Positions 1-10,930 of a stretch of DNA of 64,000 nt are shown here, piece after piece (positions within the stretch are counted from its first letter, which is position 1; every line of letters begins with the position of its first letter). The position numbers were made by a program, and so were the translations under genes. The DNA is from Candidatus Latescibacterota bacterium (GTDB lineage: Bacteria > Latescibacterota > UBA2968). The notes below the pieces were generated by a model. It did no database searches and had not been told where the DNA came from. It saw only the letters and a list, made by a program, of their open reading frames with translations. The DNA is taken from contig OZ242311.1 of the NCBI GenBank assembly GCA_965207885.1, positions 5,728,001 through 5,792,000 of the forward strand, written 5' to 3'.

Positions 1-801
1 TCGTAATATTCGCACGCCTACTCTTGGATCTTTCATGGCATAATAATAAATATGAGGAAAAAACATATCGCCTATGTCGCCTGCGTCCGTGGTATCATAA
101 CTGCCTCCTTTTCTATAAGTAATTATACCCGCTGGATAAGCATCGCGGTAATCCAGTACCATCTCCCACACATTGCCATACATATCATAAAATCCCCAGG
201 GATTGGGCAATTTAGTACCCACAATTTGCGCGCTATCTACATTCTTGCCCCACCATGCGTAGTCGCTTAGAGCACCAGAGCGATTGCCAAAGAAATAGGA
301 TGTTATTGCACCTGCGCGACTGGCATATTCCCATTCCTCTGAAGTCCGTAATCGGTATATGCCGCCGTCATTTTGAAGGACTGTTAACTTTTTGGCGAAA
401 TCTTTTGCTTCAATCCAGGAAATATTGTAAGCAGGATAATCTAGTTCAGGAAAACCGTCTTCGTCCTCGTCTTTCCTGGGCCAATGCGAGGTGTGCATAA
501 CGTGTTCCCACTGTTGCTGAGTGAGTTCATATTTCCCAAGATAATAGCCGTTGGGAATTTCCATTATACCAAGCAGGTAATCTAAAATTTCTCTTGTCGA
601 TGGATTTCTAAGGGGTGTTGCCACTATAAGCGTGCCTGGTTCAACCCATATAAAGGCCATTTTCGCCCCGCCCGGCAGGTCAATGATCAGATCGCCTTCC
701 GCGTGATTGGGGATTGGTTCTGGCTCTATTTCTGGTCCCGTGCTATTACCGCCACAATTCAGGATGAAAAACGCAAGCAAAATGTACCACAAACAGTTCA
801 T
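1..801 (-). CDS. FGE-sulfatase (SUMF1/EgtB/PvdO family) domain putative lipoprotein, 3' end outside window
   Basis: Not in the ORF track because it runs off the edge. Manual translation from ATG at 801 gives a lipoprotein-like N-terminus (LLAFFILNCGG) and the motifs LGKYELTQQQW, RLRTSEEWEYASRAG, LPNPWGFYDMYGNVWE and GVRILR. Confidence 0.8.
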   Translation of the reverse strand, partial: MNCLWYILLAFFILNCGGNSTGPEIEPEPIPNHAEGDLIIDLPGGAKMAFIWVEPGTLIVATPLRNPSTREILDYLLGIMEIPNGYYLGKYELTQQQWEHVMHTSHWPRKDEDEDGFPELDYPAYNISWIEAKDFAKKLTVLQNDGGIYRLRTSEEWEYASRAGAITSYFFGNRSGALSDYAWWGKNVDSAQIVGTKLPNPWGFYDMYGNVWEMVLDYRDAYPAGIITYRKGGSYDTTDAGDIGDMFFPHIYYYAMKDPRVGVRILR

Positions 802-858
802 GGCTACCTCCGCTATTTAACGGACGGTTGACAGAATATTCAGCCATTATTACCTCTC

Positions 859-1644
859 TCAAGCTCGTGCGAGATCGCGATACGCTCTGAACAAATCTGA
901 ATAATAAGCCACAAACATCCACAGATCGCCCACCCCCTTATCGGGGCGTCGCTCTGTCTCTGCCGACATGTATCCCTGATATCCCTTCTCGTGCAGCAGC
1001 CGGAACAACTCGCGATATGGATAGCCCTGTCCAGCCAGATCGTGCATATGCACATGATCCAACCAGGGCCATACCGTATCCAGCGCCTGTTTCACAGACC
1101 CATCCACCACATCTTGCGGCACCGAATTCCACACCAACCCAAAATTCTCGTGATCCACCTGCTCAGCCACTGCCCTGCACGCTTGCCAGTCGAACTCCCC
1201 GTGCAACTCCAGACACGGCTTCACCCCCTTCTCAGCGCCGTAATCACACAGCGGCTTCAGCGCCTCTGCCACCTGAGCAATCGTCTGTTCCCTGGGCACC
1301 TCTGCTGGAAAATTATTCCCAAACACGCGCACGCGTGGCGCACCCAGATCCGATGCCAGATCCATCCGAACCATCGTCTGCTCAATATGATCTTGAAGCT
1401 CGTCTGGATCCGTATCGTGATACCGATTGCCCGTAGCAACACTCATAATATCGATCCCCATCGCCTCGCAATCTGCCACCACCTGCTCTCGCTCTGCCCC
1501 GTCAATCGACGCCTCCACCCCGTGACCGTGTCCCGCATCCGTGCGAAACTCCACCCCTTCAAACCCGTGATCCTTCAACATCTGCAACAAATCCCGTCGG
1601 GAAAGATTCTTCAAAACACCATAAGTCATCCACGAAAGTCTCAT
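859..1644 (-). CDS. sugar phosphate isomerase/epimerase (xylose-isomerase-like TIM barrel)
   Basis: GFEGVEF, CLELHG, HVHMHD and GYQGYMSAE motifs. Confidence 0.85.
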   Translation of the reverse strand: MRLSWMTYGVLKNLSRRDLLQMLKDHGFEGVEFRTDAGHGHGVEASIDGAEREQVVADCEAMGIDIMSVATGNRYHDTDPDELQDHIEQTMVRMDLASDLGAPRVRVFGNNFPAEVPREQTIAQVAEALKPLCDYGAEKGVKPCLELHGEFDWQACRAVAEQVDHENFGLVWNSVPQDVVDGSVKQALDTVWPWLDHVHMHDLAGQGYPYRELFRLLHEKGYQGYMSAETERRPDKGVGDLWMFVAYYSDLFRAYRDLARA

Positions 1645-1842
1645 TCTGATTCTCCTATTAAGTTGAAATTACCTATCTCGATAAACTAAACATCCGCAAG
1701 CGAAGTTACAAAATCAACATTTTTTGCGTCCTTATCTCCCAGATATATTGACAAACGGGCATGTTGATCTATAATATACTGAAAGGGTAGAATCTCGGAA
1801 GATTTTTCATATCTAAAACCATCTAAAATCTCACCGCGTAAA

Positions 1843-3777
1843 ATGATAGATATCAACGAACAACGCAATATACTGAGCCAGGTTGATCTTCTTAGATATA
1901 ACCTCGTTGTAAATGGCAAAAAGAAAAACCACCTTGGCCAGTTCTTTACACCGGCTCCAATAGCTGAGTTCATGGCACAGATGTTCCGCATATCAGAAGC
2001 CTCTGTTCATTTACTTGATGCTGGTGCCGGAATAGGTTCTCTTTCTGCTGCTTTTGTCGATTATGTGTGTACACAGAAGCATCCCCCAAAGGAATTTACA
2101 ATTACAGCCTATGAAATTGATGCTTCATTGACGCCATTTTTAGAAAATACATTGAAAGCTTGCCGCTCAAAATGTGAGCAACTGGGCATTCATTTTAGCT
2201 ACAAGGTGATCAATGAAGATTTTGTCAAGGCTGCTACATCTGCACTCAGACAAGATCTGTTCTCTCCCCATATTGAGAAGTTCAATTATGCTATTCTCAA
2301 TCCCCCCTATAAAAAAATCCAGAGTGCTTCTGAACACAGGAAATTATTGCGCCGCCTTGGGATTGAAACGAGCAATCTTTATACAGCTTTTCTTGCAATA
2401 ATAAAAAAATTACTGACAGACGAGGGACAACTCGTTGCAATTACACCGAGAAGCTTCTGCAATGGACCTTATTTCAAAGCATTTAGAAATGACTTTCTCG
2501 AAGAAATGGCATTAAAGAGAATTCACATCTTTGAATCCAGAAAAAGGGCCTTCAGCGATGATGATGTACTGCAAGAAAACATCATTTTCCATGCGATCAA
2601 ATCTAAGGCAAAACCATCGAAGATAGCGATTTCATCTCATGCATCTCCAGGAGATCCTCTATTCTGGAGAGATGTCGAATATAACCATGTGATACATCCA
2701 CAGGACCCCGACAAGTTCATTCATATCATAACAGATGAGACAGACCATCAAATAGCCGAAAAGATGAAGCATTTTCAATCAACTCTGGAGGAACTCGGCA
2801 TCTCGGTATCAACGGGCAGAGTTGTTGATTTCCGGGCGAACAAATTCTTGAAACAGGTACCAAATAAAAAAACCGTGCCCTTAATTTACCCCCTGCATTT
2901 CCAGCAAGGTTTTGTTGAATGGCCCCAAAAAAATAGTAAGAAACCCCATGCCATTATTTTTTCAGAAGAATCCAAAAATTTATTGGTCCCGTCTGGCACG
3001 TATGTTTTAGTAAGGCGTTTCTCTTCAAAGGAAGAAAAACGCAGGGTCGTAGCTGCTATCTATGATCCAGAGCGAATAAAATCAGAAACAGTAGGCTTTG
3101 AAAACCATCTGAATTATTTCCATTGCAATGGAAAAGGGATGCCTGTACATCTTGCTAAAGGACTGGTAGTTTTTCTCAATTCAATGATGGTTGACGCCTA
3201 CTTCAGGTTGTTCAACGGCCATACTCAGGTAAATGCTACGGACTTGAGAAGTCTTAAATATCCTTCAAGAGAAAAACTCGAATCTCTGGGGGCAAAAATT
3301 AAGGACAGATTACTGGATGTTGATGCGTTGGATGATTTAATTGAACAAGAGGTCTTTGATATGGCAAATGAAAGCGGGAAACCAGATCCAATCAAAAGAA
3401 AACAAAAGATAGAAGCAGCACTCGCAATTCTGAAATCTATTGGTATGCCAGGTGCTCAGCAGAATGAGCGTTCAGCATTAACCCTGCTGGCATTGATCGA
3501 TGTAAAGTCTGAAACACAGTGGGAGGATGCGAATAATCCCTTAATTGGCATTACACCCATCATGAATTTTGCGGCTGACCATTATGGGAAACAATACGCA
3601 CCAAATACGAGAGAGACAGTTAGAAGACAGACAGTACATCAATTTTTAGATGCTGGCATTATCCGCATCAACCCCGATGACCCTGATAGACCGACCAACA
3701 GCCCCCATACGGTATATCAAATTGAAGATTCTACCCTTGACCTGATCCGGTCTTATGGCAGTGCAAAATGGAATTGA
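1843..3777 (+). CDS. BsuBI/PstI-like N6-adenine methyltransferase fused to the N-terminal part of a BsuBI/PstI-type endonuclease (catalytic C-terminus missing)
   Basis: GQFFTP, LLDAGAGIGSL, ILNPPY and ENHLN motifs; from about 3361 QQNERSALTLLAL...YAPNTRETVRRQTVHQF...PTNSP, then an early stop. Confidence 0.8.
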   Translation: MIDINEQRNILSQVDLLRYNLVVNGKKKNHLGQFFTPAPIAEFMAQMFRISEASVHLLDAGAGIGSLSAAFVDYVCTQKHPPKEFTITAYEIDASLTPFLENTLKACRSKCEQLGIHFSYKVINEDFVKAATSALRQDLFSPHIEKFNYAILNPPYKKIQSASEHRKLLRRLGIETSNLYTAFLAIIKKLLTDEGQLVAITPRSFCNGPYFKAFRNDFLEEMALKRIHIFESRKRAFSDDDVLQENIIFHAIKSKAKPSKIAISSHASPGDPLFWRDVEYNHVIHPQDPDKFIHIITDETDHQIAEKMKHFQSTLEELGISVSTGRVVDFRANKFLKQVPNKKTVPLIYPLHFQQGFVEWPQKNSKKPHAIIFSEESKNLLVPSGTYVLVRRFSSKEEKRRVVAAIYDPERIKSETVGFENHLNYFHCNGKGMPVHLAKGLVVFLNSMMVDAYFRLFNGHTQVNATDLRSLKYPSREKLESLGAKIKDRLLDVDALDDLIEQEVFDMANESGKPDPIKRKQKIEAALAILKSIGMPGAQQNERSALTLLALIDVKSETQWEDANNPLIGITPIMNFAADHYGKQYAPNTRETVRRQTVHQFLDAGIIRINPDDPDRPTNSPHTVYQIEDSTLDLIRSYGSAKWN

Positions 3778-3797
3778 AGGCAGGATGCGACAACTTA

Positions 3798-4610
3798 TTA
3801 CGGGTCGGGGAGTTCGTCTTGGGACAGAAGCAACTTGATTGAGCGCGGTTGGCGGGGAACTCTCGATATCAAACCTCGTTTTTCCAGGGTCTTGAGCATG
3901 CTGTTGACAGAAGGGCCTGTGACGCAAAAATACCTCTGTATATCCGCCTGGGCCGGAGGATAACCATTCAACTTCGTATAATAATAGATAAATGTCAGAT
4001 ATTGTCCCTGTCTATCGGTATATACGAGTGCCTTCTCGCGCTTGAAGACCTTGTAGAAGTCGAGAAAAGATAGCATCCGATTGCTTTCTTCAAGATCAAA
4101 ATTCTCAGGGTCGAATGTCCCCCCAATCCACTCTGAATACATTTCATGCTCTGGATGATTTTTGTTCTGAAGCGCGCTTAAAAATTCTTCGTACCCCCAA
4201 ACGCCACCCACGTCCTCTGGTGGACATGCGCGTTTTCCCGTCAAACATACAGGATAAAGCACCTCGGCTTCTGGCTCCTTGATTTGTTCAACCCGAATAA
4301 TGTGTTCCCAGCTATCGCCGAAGTCATATTTATATGTAAACCGCACCCCAACCTCAACAGCGACCTGCTGAAGAGAGATTTCATTTGCATCTTGCATATA
4401 ATCCATCATTTCCCAGTCTTCCAAGCCTGGATGAGGGGTGCTATAATAGATATCGTCAACGATGAACTGATGAAGATGAGCATCTTCCCAACCCATCACA
4501 ACCTGAATCACCTGGTGTAGTTCTCCAAGTGAGATATTGCCATCAACCTCAAACCGCCGCCATATCGACGGCCTGAAACCCATTAGCGTAATTTTGAGTC
4601 GGTAGATCAT
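3798..4610 (-). CDS. plasmid pRiA4b ORF-3 family protein with C-terminal LexA-like winged HTH
   Basis: IWRRFEV...LHQVIQ..MGWEDAHLHQF, YDFGDSWEH, GKRACPPEDVGG; C-terminal PPAQADIQRYF...LEKRGLISR. Confidence 0.85.
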   Translation of the reverse strand: MIYRLKITLMGFRPSIWRRFEVDGNISLGELHQVIQVVMGWEDAHLHQFIVDDIYYSTPHPGLEDWEMMDYMQDANEISLQQVAVEVGVRFTYKYDFGDSWEHIIRVEQIKEPEAEVLYPVCLTGKRACPPEDVGGVWGYEEFLSALQNKNHPEHEMYSEWIGGTFDPENFDLEESNRMLSFLDFYKVFKREKALVYTDRQGQYLTFIYYYTKLNGYPPAQADIQRYFCVTGPSVNSMLKTLEKRGLISRVPRQPRSIKLLLSQDELPDP

Positions 4611-4644
4611 AATGTATTCTTTTTCTAAATTGGTGTAATATCCG

Positions 4645-4962
4645 TTATTTTATACCCGCAGGTCTTATTTCTTCAAGTTCGTCTTTCAAAGATTGCTCTA
4701 CACGCCACAAATCACAAGCTTGTTGCAGACGCAACCAGAGTCCGGGACCGTTGCCTACAAGCTTACCGATTCTGAGTGCCATTTCTATAGTAACCGGATG
4801 CGTACAGGCCAGAACGCGATGCAATTGTTGACGGGAAACACCGAGTCGCCGAGCGGCTTCACTAACCGATAACTCAAGCGACGGCAATACATCTTCGCGC
4901 AGAATCTCACCCGGATGAACAGGTGTGCGCTCCAACGGACGTTTGACAGAATATTCGGCCAT
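4645..4962 (-). CDS. higA: HigA family antitoxin (XRE HTH)
   Basis: PVHPGEIL...SVSEAARRLGVSRQ...MALRIGKL...LWLRLQ. Confidence 0.85.
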   Translation of the reverse strand: MAEYSVKRPLERTPVHPGEILREDVLPSLELSVSEAARRLGVSRQQLHRVLACTHPVTIEMALRIGKLVGNGPGLWLRLQQACDLWRVEQSLKDELEEIRPAGIK

Positions 4963-4969
4963 TGTCACC

Positions 4970-4998
4970 TCAATGATATTGCTCAAGATTGACCCTTA
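4970..4998 (-). pseudogene. remnant 3' end of a HigB toxin
   Basis: Reads RVNLEQYH-stop just upstream of higA, like the usual HigB C-terminus; nothing HigB-like further upstream. Confidence 0.5.
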
Positions 4999-5080
4999 GA
5001 GTTTGAGACCGGCAATCATGACAGTTCAGGTTGGCATCGCGACAATTAAAGTACGGCTAAAGCACAAGCATCTTGACTAC

Positions 5081-8000
5081 TCAACCATTAAACACTTCTT
5101 CAATCAATTTTTTGATGTAGAGGGAGTCGATACCACCTCTTGGATCGTCACGGGTGATAATCAGCGTGCCGTTGGCCCCACCACCATCCTTGTGCGTATG
5201 CGGCAGGATACCATTTTCACGGTACCACCGCTTCTTCTCTTGCCAACGTTGCTTATAAGCGTAATCACCGAGCATGCCCAAATGCTCCCATATATACTTC
5301 ACACCCCTGTCGTCGTCTTCAATCGTGAAGTCCGGAAACTTATCTTGAGGAATGCCGCCAATAACCAACTGTAGCTCGTAATCGTAGTCAATATTCTTCT
5401 CGTGCAGCAGGTTGGCGATGATGACCTCGGATTTGGACCGGACTAGCTCACCACGTATCGTGTTGTGGATGAGTCGCTCTTCCAAGAAATGCCCCTTGAA
5501 CTCCATCGGTTTTGGTGGACCGAAGAGATTAGTCAATCGACAAGCTGTGGCCGAGTAACGTTCCGAACTAAACTTGTGCAGATCGGTAGCCGTTCCTTGA
5601 AGCAGTACGACCACCTTATCCTTTTGGCGCGTGAGTGCTGTATAGAGCAATTCTCGAGTAACCATGATCGGCGAACGAGGCAAAATTAGTAGCACCTTGT
5701 TGAACTCGCTACCTTGTGCCTTGTGAATAGTTAGCGCATAAGCCAATTCGAGACTGGCTTCGCCTTCCTCCTTAAAGTCACTATCGTAGAATGTGAATGA
5801 TGTGCCCCGCTGGGTGGAGAACTCAATCTCAAGGTTCTTGGGCGTCCAATTTCGTTTCGTAGTCCGCCGATGACCCACAACGATTCCGATCTCTCCGTTT
5901 GCCAGATAGCCAGTGTTATCTGGCCTCGGGAACATCCGCTTTTTGGGTACTGGCCAGTTGCGGTTGTTAATCACTTTGTCACCGTAGATAATCTGCTGGT
6001 CGCCCTTCGGCTTCGGAATTTTGCGATCTCCTTTTGGCCTTTGGGCCTGTTCGATCTGCCACCTCTTGTAGTGAGTATGAATAAATCGGTTGAGCGTATC
6101 AACGCCCCACGGTTTCTGGCGGACAGGACTTAAAATCTGCCAATCCTCGGCCGCGATTCCCGAACCTTCCCAATTGCCAAACTTGTGATTGAAATAGATG
6201 GATTTGTGCCACTCTCTACCACCAAGGCTGATGCCGAAAGCCTGCCACTCTTCAAGCTTCGGATCAAACTGAAGTACCCTACTCAAGATCCCGGGTAGCA
6301 CTGTCTCAAGTTCATCAGGTGTCTCCCACGAAATAAATTCGACAGTCTGGCTTTCACGCTTCCCAGAGAGGATATCAAATACCTGATCGTCCCCGACACT
6401 CGTCTCCCCACTACCAAACCACGAAGCGAGAAGTAGGTCGTCACGTTCACCTGCTCCCTCCTGTCGGCGCGGGATCATCAGTTCAGCAAAACCGGGAGCA
6501 ATGTGGGGTTTATCAGCCGAGAAGTCGTCGCGTTTCAGACGGGCAACGATATCGACGAATGGTCGTCCTGCGCCGATTGGAGGAAGCTGGCGGTTATCGC
6601 CAACGAAGATCAAGCGGTCCACCCCGATCAAGGATTCGATCAGTGCTGCCATCATCTCCTCTGTGAGCATCGAGCATTCATCAACGATCACCGTCTTGGC
6701 AACCCTCTCTCCACGTTCGCCCTTCATGAAGTATCGCTGAATATTACCGTCATAGCGGCCCGTACTACTTAAGTGCTGTGCAAGAGTGAAGGCCCGGCAA
6801 TTTTTAATACCTGCCTGCCGGGCTATGTCCTCCATGCGGACACGAGCCTTGCCGGTAGGTGCGAGGAGACGCACACCATCGCGATGTATCTCAGACTGGG
6901 CACAAAAGACCGATAGCAATGTTGTTTTGCCCGTACCTGCTCGCCCAATCAGGACACTGAATCGAGATGCCGCGAGTTCCTCAAGAGCCTCTGTTTTCTC
7001 AATACGTGCCGCGTTCTCTCGTTCCCGCTCTTCTGGATCATTTGGTAATACCTCTTGTCTCTTTTTGAGGAACGTATCAAGTACCTTTCGCCAGTTCACA
7101 TTCAGATCATGACGTTTGGCTGAAATTCGCTTCTCGACAGTAGAGCGAATAAGGTCGCCAGCCTTGCCTAAGCGCTCAAGCTGATAAGCTGGCCGATCAT
7201 CAGCCATCTTCACGATACGGATCTCATTCTCGAAAACCTCGTCTTCAGCAACACCAAGCAGATCGGCTGTGATCTGAGCTTTTTGCTCTTCTTGATCTTT
7301 TGTCCCTTGACGCAGGTCGCTGACGACATCGTCTCGGGGTCGAAGAGTGTCACCGTTCTGGGCAGCGACTTCAAGGTTGCGAATGGTAAGAGCACGAAGT
7401 CGTCGGACATCAACGGTCGTTTTTACCAATGAAGGCTCGGGGATGGGAAAGGCATTTCGGAGTTTCGCGTTCGGAAACATGCCACGATCAACGACCCCGA
7501 TCGAAACAGGCTGACCAGAAAGGCGCGTCGCTTCGTACACTAAATACGGATTTGCCGTGATATCCCCATCCGTTAGGTAAATGCCTTTGTCTGCACGATC
7601 CTCTGGTGATACTAAGAGAGTAGCCTGATCCTGAGTCAGATCCATCCGACTAAGCAACTCAAGGAAAGCGCGACGTCCATCGCTCATCCGATTCCAAGCT
7701 TTGGCGATAGTAATGTCGATATGTCGAGCCAACTCGGACGGTAATGCCGCGTCAGGATTTGAGAGTGTCTTGAACCAAGCTGGCCAAGGATTTGCTTCCT
7801 CTCCTACCTTATCAAGAAGAGCCTGAGCAATGAAGTTTCCCATGCCGACGCCCATTGCCGAGAGCACTGCACCGAGTCCCGGAAACGGACCGCGTTTGTT
7901 CCAAAGACGACCCAGTTCCCGATCAATCCATTGCTCGCAGGGATCGGACGCATATCCGAACAAATTGGAACAGCGATGCAACGCACCGCGCATCTCTAGC

Positions 8001-8905
8001 AGGGCACTGATCGCCGCATCATTACCGACATGCTCGGTGGCATACGAAAACTCAATGAACCGGTCTTCCGGTGCAAAGGCGACGACTTCCGCGGGATCAA
8101 AAGCACGGCCCTCATCACTCTGCGCCATCGCCTCGTGATATGGCAACAGGAAACCATCTTCAAATCCTGGTCGGATTGAGTGAACAACCATGCGTTCCCA
8201 GAGAAGGCTTCGGAGTTTGCCACCGGGCGGACCATCGTACACATACTCGGTAAGGTCACCGATCCTCTTCACACGTCCAACGCCGATAAGAACGCGTCGG
8301 CCGGTGTCTTCAACGAGGGGTACCTGCTTTGCATAGATGAAGACCAACGATTCTTCGGTTTGAACATGATTCCAGAAGCAATTGAGCAAGACGCGGTGAT
8401 TGCGATGGTCCTGAAACCAGTTCGTCTTAAATGAGAGTTTCGGCTCCAACTCCAGACTCACTTCGTCCAATGGTAAACGGTCTACTAAGCCAGCGACTCT
8501 CTTCTCCGGTTGTCCAAAAACTTCACCCAGATTCATCCATCGAAACGGGAGTGCTGCTAGCGTATACGGCGGGTGCCGCAAAGGAGTCGGGCGGAAGTGT
8601 CCATGTGTCTGCGGACTGTACGCGACGTACGGATGCTGTTTATCTTGTAAGAAGTCAAAGTCGGCCATGAAAGTGGCCCGTTCATTGACACACGGCGGAA
8701 ACCGGACCTTCTTAGCGATCAAATCTTCTAATGAAAGACCTTTTACTGCCTCCTCGGCTTTCTCATCTTTGGAATCCGAGATGTTCTGCAACTTGAGGCA
8801 GGCCGTGTTGAACTTTGGGTTCTTGCATACGGAGCCATTCCAGCCGTTGTCATGCCAGGGCACACGGACGGAAATGTGGCGAAGTGGATATGAAAAGTCA
8901 TGCAT
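5081..8905 (-). CDS. RecD-like SF1B helicase with long N-terminal domain and C-terminal PD-(D/E)xK-type nuclease
   Basis: Walker A GRAGTGKT, IVDECSM, VGDNRQLPPIGAG, YALTIHKAQGSEF, LYTALTR; C-terminal RSKSEVIIAN...PDFTI...WEHLGM. Confidence 0.85.
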   Translation of the reverse strand: MHDFSYPLRHISVRVPWHDNGWNGSVCKNPKFNTACLKLQNISDSKDEKAEEAVKGLSLEDLIAKKVRFPPCVNERATFMADFDFLQDKQHPYVAYSPQTHGHFRPTPLRHPPYTLAALPFRWMNLGEVFGQPEKRVAGLVDRLPLDEVSLELEPKLSFKTNWFQDHRNHRVLLNCFWNHVQTEESLVFIYAKQVPLVEDTGRRVLIGVGRVKRIGDLTEYVYDGPPGGKLRSLLWERMVVHSIRPGFEDGFLLPYHEAMAQSDEGRAFDPAEVVAFAPEDRFIEFSYATEHVGNDAAISALLEMRGALHRCSNLFGYASDPCEQWIDRELGRLWNKRGPFPGLGAVLSAMGVGMGNFIAQALLDKVGEEANPWPAWFKTLSNPDAALPSELARHIDITIAKAWNRMSDGRRAFLELLSRMDLTQDQATLLVSPEDRADKGIYLTDGDITANPYLVYEATRLSGQPVSIGVVDRGMFPNAKLRNAFPIPEPSLVKTTVDVRRLRALTIRNLEVAAQNGDTLRPRDDVVSDLRQGTKDQEEQKAQITADLLGVAEDEVFENEIRIVKMADDRPAYQLERLGKAGDLIRSTVEKRISAKRHDLNVNWRKVLDTFLKKRQEVLPNDPEERERENAARIEKTEALEELAASRFSVLIGRAGTGKTTLLSVFCAQSEIHRDGVRLLAPTGKARVRMEDIARQAGIKNCRAFTLAQHLSSTGRYDGNIQRYFMKGERGERVAKTVIVDECSMLTEEMMAALIESLIGVDRLIFVGDNRQLPPIGAGRPFVDIVARLKRDDFSADKPHIAPGFAELMIPRRQEGAGERDDLLLASWFGSGETSVGDDQVFDILSGKRESQTVEFISWETPDELETVLPGILSRVLQFDPKLEEWQAFGISLGGREWHKSIYFNHKFGNWEGSGIAAEDWQILSPVRQKPWGVDTLNRFIHTHYKRWQIEQAQRPKGDRKIPKPKGDQQIIYGDKVINNRNWPVPKKRMFPRPDNTGYLANGEIGIVVGHRRTTKRNWTPKNLEIEFSTQRGTSFTFYDSDFKEEGEASLELAYALTIHKAQGSEFNKVLLILPRSPIMVTRELLYTALTRQKDKVVVLLQGTATDLHKFSSERYSATACRLTNLFGPPKPMEFKGHFLEERLIHNTIRGELVRSKSEVIIANLLHEKNIDYDYELQLVIGGIPQDKFPDFTIEDDDRGVKYIWEHLGMLGDYAYKQRWQEKKRWYRENGILPHTHKDGGGANGTLIITRDDPRGGIDSLYIKKLIEEVFNG

Positions 8906-9158
8906 AAATGGTCTCTTCCAATCAAGAATGTGAACAGTTTTAAAAAATTTAAAATAACGTGCCATTCGTGCAACTTAGAGATCGTAAACAATCAAGTCAA
9001 TGATCCACCCTAATCGGCAAGATAGCATATAAAAGTAGGGGACAAAAAAGCAGCAAAAAAAGAAAGGACGTCTCAAGTTATACGACTTCAAGATTCATGC
9101 AAGGGTATTTCTTCTGGTAGGTATAAAACGAGAGTAGCAGTCACAGCGGGCTTCACCT

Positions 9159-9194
9159 ATAAAAAAGACGCCATCAGCTATTTGCCGATGGCGT
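9159..9194 (-). terminator. intrinsic terminator downstream of the GHKL gene
   Basis: Minus-strand hairpin ACGCCATC...GATGGCGT followed by a T6 run. Confidence 0.55.
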
Positions 9195-9279
9195 TCAGAC
9201 TTACCTCCGCTGCGCTCCACGAATTAGTATAGCTTCCTCAGATGAAGCATAACATTATAAAATTAAAGGGTTAAAGGGA

Positions 9280-10930
9280 TTAAAGTTGATTGTCGTCGGT
9301 AGACAACAATTTCTTTATTCTTCCCTTTATATTATCAGATACGGATGTCAATTTTTGTTTCGCCTCGTCAGACAACAAAGCAGTATGCATAAGAGCATCT
9401 CGAACAGGCTTGTATTGTTTCGCGTCGGTAGTTAAACCACCGGCAGGACCACCCTGTTGAGGATCAACTAATTTTGCCAGGGGATCCATATCTAAATAAC
9501 TTAAATCATCATTATTTTTTCTTACATCGATACTTAGGTTACCTTTCGTTTTGTTATTATCCTCCCGTTCTCTCAATTGTTTAATTGATTTCTGTTCTCT
9601 ATCAGGCAGTTGAATATTGTTTTCCTCAATATATTTTCTAATTAAATTTTCTGAAATGAAACACTCTGCATAGGAAGTAAGATTGTATTCAGCATCATCT
9701 TGCAAACCGTTGACCCAATCGTCGACTTTTTGTTTATTTTTTGAATCTTTCGGCAAATCGTATTCTTCTGAAATAGCATTAAAAAAACTCTCCTGCTTTT
9801 CTCTTTGAAGCGGGAATATTTTCATTCTCTGGATCCCCATCTTTTCTGTGTTTTCTCCTCAATGGATCCCAATCATTAATAATTTTTAAAATATTTTTTC
9901 GAAAATTTTCCAAAAACTCTTTATACTTCGGATCATCGGCGATAATACCTTCTCGACTGCTGGTAAACCTGTCTTCGTCATCGTCCAAATCGTCAAAATG
10001 AATTTGACCGTAAAAGTAATTTTCCGTGAGTCTTGCAGTTGGAATATGTTTCAAAATATCTCTTTCACGTAATCTACCATTAACAAAAAGATCAACGCTG
10101 GCTCTTTCATCAGTTGTCCATATTTTTAGATCTCTCGGCTTGTCAACGGAAGCTATAAAACCCTTTACACTATCGTCCATTTGAATCGATTCAGTCTCCA
10201 ACAAAAAATTTGTGAGCTTTTCGCTAATATATGGATCCTTAAGATTATTTATGTTCCAAAGAAATTGGGTTTTCTCTGCCAAACTATTGAGATGATCAAG
10301 CGTGATTTTTTCTTCGTTAATAAAAATATTGAAAGAGTTGTCCAAAAGAGAAAACCGAAAATAGAGTGCTATTATTCTCTTCAAAAAATCCTCAGTATTC
10401 CTTATTTCGCCCCTGATATTTTCAAACTGTATTATTGTGCCATGTTCGTGATTGCTCGTATATTTGGAAAATATATTCTCTTCATAATTTCCCAGTGAAT
10501 ATTGCTGAGGAGTTAAATCTTCAGTTATTGCCTCATCAAGCTCTGAATTATCAATAACCCCACCAACATAATCGCCGCTTTTCACCTTTGAAATCACGGC
10601 TATTTTGTCCGCACATGACAGGAGAGCCAGCTTCCCGATACCTTTTCTGCCTATGAATGGTCTGCCTTTTCCGGAAGTAGATTCTCCGCCTCTTCTTTTA
10701 GAATATCCGATTTTCAGAAATTTTGTTTGAAAATCGTCCGCCGTCATTCCAATACCGTCATCTTTGATCACGAAATTGTTATTCTCTCTGTCAATATAAA
10801 TTTTAACATTGACAGCGTCTGCATCCCAAGCGTTCGAAATTGCTTCGCCGAGAACGGTGACAAAACTCCGATATAGATTTCGCCCTAAATGGTTAAGGAC
10901 GCTCAACGATATTTCAAATGTAAATGGCAT
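9280..10930 (-). pseudogene. GHKL (HATPase_c/MORC-like) ATPase split by a frameshift in a T7 run at 9781-9787
   Basis: EAISNAWDA, DDGIGM and GRKGIGKL GHKL motifs. ORFs 9779-10930 and 9280-9840 join (GEFF-NAISEEY) if one T is removed. Confidence 0.75.
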
